A stretch of 63,962 bases of DNA, filler included, from Lenisia limosa (taxonomy: Eukaryota > Protista > Breviatea), in the NCBI GenBank assembly GCA_001655205.1. It is 9 parts of 9 records of this genome, joined end to end, with 100 filler letters (N's around TTAATTAATTAA, not from the genome) between each part and the next. Parts side by side here need not be neighbours in the genome. Positions count along the whole stretch, not along the records: positions 25,779 to 41,234 come from LPNZ01008948.1; 8 more parts are not named here. The stretch is one strand, 5' to 3'. The position numbers were made by a program, and so were the translations under genes. This document shows, piece after piece, positions 26,410 through 38,200 of the stretch. Each line of letters opens with the position of its first letter. Positions within the stretch are counted from its first letter, which is position 1. The notes under the pieces are model-generated. The model was not told where the DNA came from. It made no database searches and saw only the letters and a program-made list of their open reading frames with translations.

Positions 26410-29060
26410 GTGTCGATACTGCAACCGAAGAGGGTATTATCGTTGGGTTTAAGGCAGTTGCTGGTAAATTAACAGATGAATTATTCATCTGTTAATTTCA
26501 CGCTATTCGCCCTGAGCCTTGGGGTCATCTACTTTAATATATAAGCCTTTTTTGTTGCTTAAGTCAATACCCCTCGTTATTTAACACTTCTAGTCCTATG
26601 AGAGTACTTTTGATCGATGCCAGGAGTGAATCCTGGTGAATGTTCCGATTGGAAAGAAGGTCAACCCCCAAGCTGCCACCCCTGATGCTGTGAACCCAGC
26701 TCCAACCCCCAAGAAGAAGAAGAAGCAAGAGTGCGTTGATATCAGGCTTTTCAACAATTGATTCATCCATAGCAGTTCTATAACTGGATTGAAAACGAAG
26801 CTGTTAGCCGCTTCATCTATGTGCTGTGGTTCTTCCTTTTCTGAATCTCAAATTTCCTTCAAGTCCAAGTGCAAATACAATTCCAAAGTATTGCCACTTA
26901 AAAAAGATTGAATTGAGTATTTATATATATGACTTCAGATACTGCCACTGAAGACCTTCCCTTGATTGAGTGCTACGTCAAGATTATCGAGGACCAACAT
27001 ATCACCAAGGACGATGTTATTCAAATTGTTGGAGGGTTTATTGAAATTACCTTGAATACATCCATACAGAGTCTGTAACTGCCTAATAGTTGTGTTTGTA
27101 CTGTTACATGTTTTGGTCAAATAGGTAATATACCTTGTTTTTTTAATCTTATAGTGGCCAAGACCTGTTAACAAATTCTTTCAATGTAACAATATCCAAA
27201 CATATATTGGCAACTTGATCAATGCTCTTCAGAAGTAAGAATCACAAGCATGAAGTTTGACTGATATCTTAGATTCATCCACGTCTAATTTTAAACATGG
27301 ATGAAACAATGTTCAACATCGTGGATTCTAAGACGAAAGTCATGACACTGAAGGAGGCCAAGGAAGCTGTCAAGACCAATCACAACCATCAGGTATAAAA
27401 TGATGTCAATTCTGAAGAACATTCTCTTTTCAATTATCGAATTCCATAATACTGATGTAGCACACATCTTCAGCAGGTAAAGAACCTTTTCTACTTCCCC
27501 AAAAGATAATTTCTGCCGAGAAACCTCTTCTGGAGGCATACAAAGCTGAGGCTGCTTATTCCCCCAAAGGGTGGTAAGCCAGTTCATATCGATTAAGTAT
27601 CGAAAACAAACTCATAAGATGATGAACACAGTCTCACATTTGTTTAGAACTCTGACTCATTCCTCCACTACGTCAAGACCTTGATCATCCCCCATATAGT
27701 TGCCTACCGAAAAGAGAACGGTCTTCCTGACGACGCCCTTGCTTTGCTTTTCACTGACGGAAACAACTCACGCTTGACCCCAGCAGAATATCATCCTCTT
27801 CCTTTTCCCTTCTCACACATCCAATCGAACTCAGACCCTTTATTTGGTAACATTTGGCGCTTTTAAGGCAAAGTTATCCGCAAAACTTGACCGCATTTCA
27901 AAGCCCATCGAGTCTTACAACAAATCTTTGGAGCTGCGTGTTCTGCTTCTTGCATCCGGTCTCCGCCCTTACCCATGTTTTGGACCCGATTTCTGTCCAG
28001 AGTGCATTTGAGCGTGCCGGGATCATTGGCAATACCCTTACTTCTGATGACCCACACGTTGCGATTAGACCGTCAGTCCTACTCAAGCGTTGCCCTGGTG
28101 TGGCCGATCTTAACGAGCCTGTATCTCTACCGAAGCGGAAGTCTTTGGAAGGCACTGTCCTCAACGACACCCCTTCCAGAAAGATTGTCCGTACGTTCAA
28201 GAAAGGCACTGCACAAGGAGATAGTAGCAAAACTGCTGTTTTATTGAATCATGCGCAATCACTTACTGCTCGTGAGCAAGCTGACAACGAGATGCGAAAG
28301 CCACACAGTCTTCTACCTTGGTACACCAGCCCGTTGGTTTCTGAATCAATTTCGGCAAGACCACCATCCCCTGAGCTTGGCCCTGGTCGAACTTCAATTG
28401 ATGTTGACGAGACTGCAGAGAAACGCCGTCTTGAATTCCAGCTGAAATTGAAAAGGCACGTAGAGAAGAGAAGGTGAAGGAAAAGAATGATGAAGGAGCA
28501 CGTGGACGCGGACGTGGATGTGCCTGCCGTGTCTAATTCGCTGTTGATTCTACTCTATAAGACTTATTATTGTTTGTGACAGCCTCGGTGCTTAACTGTT
28601 TTTAATCCTAATATTCCAATTCAGTGGCATCCCACCCTCTACCGAAGAAACGCCAGACGCAAGCCGATATCTGGTTTCCAGAGGTCCCTCTCCTGACAAC
28701 CCAAAGACCAATGTAAGAACTATTTATCGAAATCTCTTCTATGAGTTTTGCTCAGTGTGATATGTTCGCGACCATTGCCAAGCTCGGCACCTTGCTGCAT
28801 TCCAGCTCAAGCATGACAGCGACTATTTTGCAGTCCGCCGGAGCCCACACGGGGTACACTTTTGTGTTCTCTTAAGAAGGGACGGAGGAAGCTACAATAA
28901 ACGGTGCATTGACCAGTGTGGTATGGTCAGCGGTGAGGATGATCCACACATTACATCGCCCCAGTAATTGGATGAGGTGCCAACTCTGGAGACTGATGGG
29001 TACATTGACCTTCTTGTGAAGTCTGTCGGAAGCGAAGAATCTGGATGAGGATAGACTCCC
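26410..29060 (+). pseudogene. Decayed pogo/Tc5-type (DDE_1, CENP-B-like) transposase with apparent introns; catalytic core 27273-28050
   Basis: IHPRLILNMDET (D at 27300), AYSPKGW, NSDSFLHYVKTLIIPHI...ALALLFTDGNNSR (D at 27756), NIILFLFPSHTSNRTQTLYLVTFGAFK (QPLD replaced by QTLY at 27841), ISVQSAFERAGII. Frameshifts separate these blocks and in-frame stops occur downstream. Outer boundaries are uncertain and no TIRs were found. Confidence 0.8.
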
Positions 29061-29229
29061 GCAAGTTCGTTACAATGTTTTTCTTAACTTTTTTTTAAAA
29101 CTGTTTTTCATCCGCTGTAAGGTAGCACTTGGCCTAAGCCGTTAAGAGTAAACAACAATACAAAGATAAAAAAAAGTGGAAGAATGGCAATACCATCATA
29201 AAAACACTGTCAACTACTTGACAATCCAA

Positions 29230-32200
29230 ATGTAAAAAAAAGTTATCTGTGGCAAGTAAATCTCGCGACCTACCATATAAGGGCAATATGAGTTGGATGC
29301 AAGAATGACGTGAAGAGCATGGCTAGGTTTATGATCCTCTGGAGCAATTGACAGGAACATCATTGCTGTCGCACAAAACATATCAGAACAACATGCTTTT
29401 AGGACTTGGGGTGAACTCTAGATCGGTCAGGAATGTAGTTTTAGTATAAAGCAACAGGTACAGTCAGGTTTAGTAAAAGCCAACAGCCAAATTTAATTAA
29501 CTTGCAACAATCATTATTTAAAAAAAACCCAACGCAAGGAATCCAATAATCTAACATGATGTTCAATAAAATTATATTCTCGCAATAACTGCAAAATGTT
29601 GCCTCACTTCCTACATTCAAATCCATAATTTTAAAATAATGTTTTAACACAATATGGCTAATATTATAATATAACAAAAATAGCATATTTTTGTGCTTGA
29701 ACAGATTGCAAAACAAGCTAAAAAAAAACCTCGCTTGCTTTATTTGAAATCCACAACCGTCAAACCAAGTTCCGTCGTATAGCCTGATGACCAAGTCCTC
29801 GGTCTCCTCGGTCTATAGTCGAAGACTCCCTTCGACTGAGCCCAGTTACTGTCAGCTCAATCGGAATTTCCTAGGGGGATGAGGGAATGTTTGAAGGTAG
29901 GGAGGGATAAGGTGAGGGATAGGGGGATGTATGTTGATATTCGGGGTGGGAGAGAGAAAGGTGTGAAGATTTAAACGAAGAACAGGTTCAGGCGAGACTG
30001 GATAGCGGGAAGGGGAGTACTGTGATGAAACAAAAATCCCCAAAATTAACAGGTTCGGTGACAAAGAAATAAACCTCCCGACTTTGAAAATATCCATAAA
30101 TGGTCGGAGGGGTGGCCTTTTCTTAGGGGAAGCTTCCGACAGCAAACTACTGGAATAAGGGGTGGATAGAACAATAACTGGGTGACGACTTTAGGCAAAA
30201 TTGTAAACAATTTAAGCCCTTCTGTGGATAAAAAAAACCAGTATGCTCCACGTCCCACGAGAGCTGTTGAAAGAGGGCAATTGGATCAGTGGGCTGATTT
30301 GGCGTGACGGGGGACACAAACTCCACAAAGCGGCGAACAATTTGCCTAATTGAGTAACACTAACCTTCCTATTATGACACCGTTCATAGAGTTGCAAAGG
30401 AATTGTACATTATAGTAATATATTCTTGCACACCAGCAGCCGCCCTCATACATCCAATAGCCCTGGTTAACTTCTGGTAATTTGTCTCGGCAGATCTTCA
30501 GGGCGGAGTACTCGATAAAACAGGCTTTTTTAAGGAACATGGACTCACTAAGAAGCGCCTTCTGGGTACCAATTTGCTGGAAAGAATGGGTAAATCAAGA
30601 TGCTTCCAAAATTTGAATCACACAAAATGTGTTGGCATATTTATAATGTCTGTCAAATGAGAGAAAAAACCAGGTAGAATTTTGTCAGTCCAATAAAAAT
30701 ATCTCTGATAAGAGAGATGGCCTCGACCAAAAGATGAGAACCTGCTTTGATTTCTCATACTTATCATACAAACAAAAAAAAAGCAAGAGAGTATTTGAAT
30801 TAAAAAATGAAAAATATGGGTCCTCAAAGCTCCTGACAGCATTCAAAATTCACCGGACACATCAAAACTCACGGACAGCTTGAAGTTGACCCCTTGTATG
30901 GGTCAACAGTAGTGTTTAATACAAAACTGGGTCGACAGATATATCCCCTTGGGGCCCGAGGCCTTTTTTGAAAAACCCCATTTTTGTACTTTGTATCATA
31001 ACTAAACGCAATTTTATCCAAAAACAATAATTAAAACAGATTTAAAGAGGAAATTGTATGTAGGTTTTGAATATATTCAACATTTCTGTCACTCTGTCAA
31101 AACAAACAAAATAATAAAAAAAAGAAAATGACCGCTTAATGTTCCCCAATTTTTTTTTTTTAACTTTGTGCAAGTGTCAAAAATCTGTGAATTTGGTCTC
31201 CCGGGGGTGGCTTTTGCCTTTTCACGGGAATTTTTGTCGATTATAACGGTTTTGATTGTTTGTGGCAGTTTAAGGGCCGCAAACGGGTAGCCAAGTGATT
31301 TAATTTCGCCTTGAGCCAAGAATATGTAAAAATCGCATTCTATTCTGTGATTAAAATTACTTTCGAAAATAACAAGAAAATGAAGTTTAAAAGTACTTTT
31401 ATTGGGAAAATTCAAGCTGTCCGGGAGTTTTGATGTGTCCGGAGATTTTGANNNNNNNNNNCTGGTTATTTTTGGCAGTTTAAGGGCCGCAAACGGGTAG
31501 CCAAGTGACTTAATTTGGGTTTGAGTCAAGAATATGTAAAAATCGCATTCCATCCTGTGATTATGACTGAAATTACCTTCGAAAATAACATGAAAATGAA
31601 GTTTATAGACTTAGGGAAAATTTAAGCTGTCCGGGAGTTTTGATGTGTCCGGAGATTTTGAATGATGTCCGGAGCTTTGACTANNNNNNNNNNCTCCATC
31701 CAGATGGAATAAAAATAACAAGAACTCGATTTCGACAGAGGCCTTTTTTTCCAAAAAAAAAAAATACAAATCAAATAAAACAAGATCGTGGTATTTTTGT
31801 GTACAAACAAGATAAATGATTAAACAAGATCAAGAATTGACACCAACCTTGGTCGGATCTTTGAAATCGGTGTGTCCCTAAAAGTGTAAATAAACACAAA
31901 AAAAAGTAGTAGAAAAAAACGGTTAGGGAGAGAGGGAGTGTGGGGGCTTAAAATAATTCGATGTATTAACTAGGACAAAAAAATATTCAAATAAAGGGCC
32001 TAGTTTTCTTCTCTTGGATTGGGCGAATGGGGGTGGGGCTTCACTTCGGTTCGAAAAAAGACTGAATTTCTCGATAAATCCTCGAAAACTATCGANNNNN
32101 NNNNNNNNNNNNNNNNNNNNNNNNNNNNNNNNNNNNNNNNNNNNNNNNNNNNNNNNNNNNNNNNNNNNNNNNNNNNNNNNNNNNNNNNNNNNNNNNNNNN

Positions 32201-35200
32201 NNNNNNNNNNNNNNNNNNNNNNNNNNNNNNNNCGGAAATCCGCGTGAACCATGTGCCCAATTGATCTGCCTGAAAAGGGACCGAAGTAAAATTGGACAAT
32301 TTATGAATAAAGAAAAAAGCCCAAAATCAACTCTGTTGGCTTACAACACACAATGGTTGATAAAACAGACAAAACCCAGGCCAGTCGCTTCTGCAGCACC
32401 ACATCCCATCACGTAAAAGGAACGTTTACGAAACAAAACACATAAAACAGAACCCTATCTTACACCCTTGAATAAACTGATAACCTCAACCATAAGCTAA
32501 TCTATCACCCTCACCATAAGCTTATCATCCTGTTTTCTATTCCACTCGGTTAGTGTATGGGTCATGAAGTGGTTGAAGACTGGGCTGAAGTACTGACAAG
32601 GTGAGTTGGTGAAGCAGATGTTATTCAGAAAACTCAAACACCTATCATATCATGCCAAAATAAAGAAGAATGCTTTCATAAAATCATAATTAGGACTTCA
32701 CACGGTCCCCCCCCCCCCCNNNNNNNNNNNNNNNNNNNNNNNNNNNNNNNNNNNNNNNNNNNNNNNNNNNNNNNNNNNNNNNNNNNNNNNNNNNNNNNNN
32801 NNNNNNNNNNNNNNNNNNNNNNNNNNNNNNNNNNNNNNNNNNNNNNNNTAGGGAAGTCATTAATAATAAATCCTGGCTTACAGGAGCGACTGTTACATTA
32901 CCCTTGGTGCTCGCAGTGATAATGGTCACCACCTTCTCCAGCATCTGGACAGGTGATTGTTTGACAGTAAAGTCTCTATTGAAACTAGGATTTTAAGATC
33001 CTATTAAATTTGCAGTAAAGTCTCTATTGAAACGAGGATTATAAAGATCTGGTCTTATTTACAGTAAAGTCTCTACTGAGACTACGATTAAAAAGATTCG
33101 ACAGTTGAATTGTGCAAAGAAAACACCCGGGGTGAGAGCGAGGGATAGATTGTATTCAAATGATAAAAGATATTACATGTATGTAATACACTAGCCATTT
33201 CTTATGTTTCTAGACCACCTCTACTTCAATACCACCTTATAACCACAAACCATCCAACAAATACTTCCCCTTTTTTACTCCCTCCTCTGTTATTAATTAC
33301 CTTCCCCACCTCCCACTCTATTGCACCCCCCCCCCTACTGCAGGCCATAGACTCGGCAACATTGAGTTGTTGAGGGAATTGGCAACAAACATGTTGATGA
33401 TGGTCCTAGATGGTGAGAGCTATGGGGTAATGCTAGGTAAGGATAGTGAGAGTAATGGGTAGAGCTTCACTTCGGTTCTAAAAAAGACTGAATTTCTCGA
33501 TAAATCTTCAAAAATTATCAATATTGTCCCGGTATTTTTCGAACCAAATTAAGCCCTAGTGATGGGGTACTACTAGGTGAGTATTCGGATTATGCATTGG
33601 TTTGAAGTACTAGGTAGACAACAGTTTTGATGTATAAGTGGATGAAATTAATTGATACATTTACACTGTACAATTAACTGGAATGAAGCTAGAACTCCAT
33701 TTTATACAATTAGAACTTAATATCCTTAAAATTTATGGTAATAATATGCATAATATATCGATATATGATATGACACAATATACACAGACATACACACATT
33801 TTTAGCTAAGTATACGAAACTATTATTAGACGCTTAAGCTTCGACCAGACACCATCTTGTTATATTTTTCATCTCCAGGTAGTCTTATTGTATCCCCACA
33901 AACATAACCAGGATGTAAGGGACGCAGTGGTGAGTTTTCGAGAGACGATCCAGTACCGCAAGGATTACATTCAGAACTTCGCTGTGTTTCAAAGGCAAGT
34001 GACTGATGGTTAAAAACAACGGCACAATAATAGTAAAAAAAAACGAAAACAGAAAAAGCAGAATCAACACATTAAAGTGGTAGTCTGCCTAGTTTTTCTT
34101 AATTTTAACTCCTGGGGTGGTAGGAAGATCGGAATTCAACTTTCTTCGTCTTTTCAGCACAACCCTTGCCTCGTTTGTTCAAGCAAGACAATACAGTGAT
34201 CAGGTGAGGGGGTTTTGATGTGGGGGTTGGGGCCTCGAGTATGTTCACAAGCACCATCATTGCAAATTTTAACAACATATTATAGCAAAATACTCCTCTA
34301 TTGTTGTTGGAGTCAGAACCATGGTTGAGTCAGCTAATTTCGTTGCTCTTTAAACTCTCGGTTGCTTCCATCAATACACAAAGACCTCGGTTAAATATAC
34401 TATTGATCAACTAAATATTTTGATTTGTTTTCGAAAATAATATTGTGAGAATTATGTTAATAATATGAATATAATGAGTGCACTATCAAGATGTTTCTTC
34501 AATATTATATTCTCATATGGTGCGCCCCATCGCCTTTCTTTTAGTTTTGATGTTTTCCAGATTTATAGATGAAGGTAATTAAGGTGTAATAAGGGTAGCA
34601 AAGGAGAGAGAGCAGCATAAAGTGAACTAGTTTTTGAGATCTCAGTGAACATCTGGATCAAAGTGTCCTGACGTAATAGTTCTGAGATAATCTAGACACT
34701 GAAAGCTAAGGATGTAATAAATCTGCAGCTTTGATCATCCTAAGGATCACCAAGGTTTTTTTCCCCCTTGAAGTCTATCGCTTGGGCTCTTTGATCATAC
34801 AGTGCTTACCAGGGATAAGCAATAAAACTTGGATCGCAATATGATTTCAATAGTTGGATTTGGCCCTCTCTCTCTCTTCTTCTCTGCTTTTCTTTGGTTT
34901 AAGAACAGCTTTGACTGAATCTTGCAGTGATCTGATGAGGGTCGAGAATTTCCTTTAAATCTCCAACAAAAATAGATAATAATTATCTTTGTATCAATCC
35001 AGAGTATTCCCAACTCCCCCAACTGCGTAATAATGGTGTGGATAAGCGGAGGCAGCAGACGAAACAGTTTCTGTAGCAATGAGATATGATTCGAATCAAT
35101 TCCTCTTGCGATTTTGGCTTGCTTCAACCCCCCCCCCCTACTTTTTCTGAGCTTTGATTGATCAGTTGCTTCAGTTCAGGGAAATATTCATCCTTCATAG

Positions 35201-38200
35201 ACTTGCTCCAAATTGCCTCTCTCATCTGTGCGAGGAGTGATAATTACGGAAGAACTGAAATAGAATAAATAGAATAAAAAAGAAATCCCCAAAAATATGT
35301 TTAATACAAGCAGAGTAACAACCCCGAAAACAAACAGAGCAAACAAATGAAAGTAATCCAACCACTCACCCCTTTATATTCCACCCACACTGCGTCCCTT
35401 TCACCCCCCCCCCCCNNNNNNNNNNNNNNNNNNNNNNNNNNNNNNNNNNNNNNNNNNNNNNNNNNNNNNNNNNNNNNNNNNNNNNNNNNNNNNNNNNNNN
35501 NNNNNNNNNNNNNNNNNNNNNNNNNNNNNNNNNNNNNNNNGTTTCAAATTTTGGTTCCTGGATGAAGGGAGGAGGAGGCTCATTGGAGCGCAGTGTGGTG
35601 TGAAGGTATCTGAAAAGAGGCCGATAAGCTGAGAGAGGTCCAAAATGTAACAGAAAAAGAATTGAAAATATGTTGAATCTGGCTGAAGTCGTCCACACCA
35701 TCACACTTCTAGGAGACCAATAAAATTTCTCTGAATCCTTCTATATAATACCCTATCAACAGGAAGGAATGTATGGTTAAATGGAGACAATAAAAAAAAG
35801 ACAAATCACGTGGCAAAGATTAACAGATAAGATAGGGTAAACTAGGATTTTCCTATTTACCTCCAGAAATAATGGCGTTTGATTTGGCATTCAAAAGACT
35901 CCTGTTCCAGGTTTGCAATGATTCTTGTGAGATAGTTTTGTTGATTGATGAGATGCGATGCCTATTTTGGTAAGTGGCGCTGTTTACCTTCAAAGGAAAG
36001 TAATTTCGACAATTTAAAACATGTCTATCAGGTAAAACAGAGTTAAAACCACTCTTCTCCCGGCATACATTCGCACAGAGTTGATTACCCTAAAAGTATA
36101 AAACAATGTGAAAATTTCGAAGATGGATATGATGATTGTGTTGTAAAAATGGAAACACAATAAAACTACCCAGTTGGTACTTTAAAACATTCTTAATATG
36201 GTAAGTAATTTGCTACCAACCTTGATACAAATCTGGCACTTTCTTGACTGAACCTCTGGCTTCATATTCTCCAAATCAGGCACGTGGTGAGTACTGTATT
36301 GCGCCACAACTTCATCTAATTCAGCCACGCGCTGGGGGAGGTAAAATTGGACAGTTTATGAAACAAAAAAACAATGCCCAAAATCAGCTGTTAGCAAGCA
36401 ACACACGTGTCGTAGTGAGAACAACAAAACAAAAAAAGCCCTGGCGCCAGTCGCTTCTGAGATACCACATCCCATCAGAGGGGGAGTAAAATTGGAAAAT
36501 TTATGAGAAAAAAAGAAGCCCCAAATCAACTGTTGGCTGATAACACACAAGCCCTTGTGAGAAAAACANNNNNNNNNNNNNNNNNNNNNNNNNNNNNNNN
36601 NNNNNNNNNNNNNNNNNNNNNNNNNNNNNNNNNNNNNNNNNNNNNNNNNNNNNNNNNNNNNNNNNNNNNNNNNNNNNNNACCTGTTTATAAAATATGATG
36701 CCTACCACTGAGAGAGGCTTCGTGGCTTCCAATACCCTGTCCACTGCATTGAACGATACAATCCACATAGCCATGAACTGCGAGAGAATGAGTCGATCTA
36801 CGTCAGGGAAGGAGAAGAAGTGGTAGGCCTCGAAGCACTGAAGGAGCTACAAGAGGTCAGGAAGGAAATAACGGAAAACAAGGCTCATATTATATCATCT
36901 GAAAAACATCATGTTCATGATATTCTAAATGGTCTGGAACTTAATGATCCAATAGGTACCCACAACAAAAATAAAATAAAATAATAATAATAAAAAATCT
37001 ATTTTTAGCATACCCGTTCGAAAACCTTCGCGCTACTCATGAGGCTGGAGTTATGCAGCACTTTTCGGAACATATCAAACGTCTCTCTCGGGTCTATGTC
37101 GCCTGAGGGGGAGTAAAATTGGAAAATTAATGAGAAAAAAAAACCAAATCAACAGGTAAATTACAGTATCAAAGAAAAACACAAGCCCAAAATCTAGGGG
37201 GGGGGGGTAAGACGGGCATGTTAATATGACGGCTAATTGAATTATTGTGTCAAAGTGTAAAGCTTGTGAGGCAGGAGGCCAGCTCGCAAATTGGAAAAGT
37301 TATGAAACTAAAAAAAAGCCCAAAATCAACTCGCAAAAGACGAACAAAACAATGCCCAGCCTGCGGGGTAATTGTGAAAAAAGTAAGCCCGATTTCATGT
37401 TTATTCAAAGTATTCTTTGTTCTTCAACAAAGGTGGGATCTGGGACACGTCCCTTGGTTTTTAGACCCATGTTTTCGACCCAGGTTTTAGACACATGATT
37501 TTTGACACATGATTTTTGACACATGATTTTTGACAAATGATTTGATTTTTAGACACATGATTTTTAGACACATGATTTTTAGACCCCCCGCCCCTCACGA
37601 CGAGCTCCTTCGAGAAGAGTGTTGATGAATGCCTGTGCATCACCTAATAAAGAGTTAACGAAGGAAAACGAATGAAGAAAGAGTTTCATTTCAGGTCTTA
37701 ATTTCAAAATTAAGATTGTCTAGTATTCCATTATTAACTCCCCTGCTTACCATCAGGGAACATGAGACGGCTAATGTCTTCACTTGATGTGTCAAACTAG
37801 GGTGTGAAAATGAAAGGGAAAATGGGAGAAAGGGGTGGGAGAGTAAAACGAATGAATTTTTGATGAAGAATATCGGCGTAATGTACTAATCACGANNNNN
37901 NNNNNNNNNNNNNNNNNNNNNNNNNNNNNNNNNNNNNNNNNNNNNNNNNNNNNNNNNNNNNNNNNNNNNNNNNNNNNNNNNNNNNNNNCCCCTGTTTCGC
38001 TGTTTCCAACTAAATATCAGACCACTATTTTCACGACCCTCAATAAATATGAGTTACAATAATGTCGCACTCCAGTTAATAGCTTCATTCTCACCCAGCT
38101 GAGTAGGACCACACCCGAATCCTAAGACAGATTCTCGTCTGCTTCTACTGCTGAGTTGTTGTAATTCTCCCTATCAACTAACCTCATTTGACCTATCCTT

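Noticed and set aside
31262-31655. Internal tandem duplication in family H as a biological feature
   Set aside because: The two ~190-bp copies flank a 10-N gap, typical of unmerged overlapping contig ends or haplotypes; it cannot be trusted without reads.
32270-32412. Family D as a classical introner (whole GT-AG intron unit)
   Set aside because: This copy begins with GT and ends with AG, but the predicted donor lies ~130 nt further upstream and other copies occupy only the 3' part of their introns.
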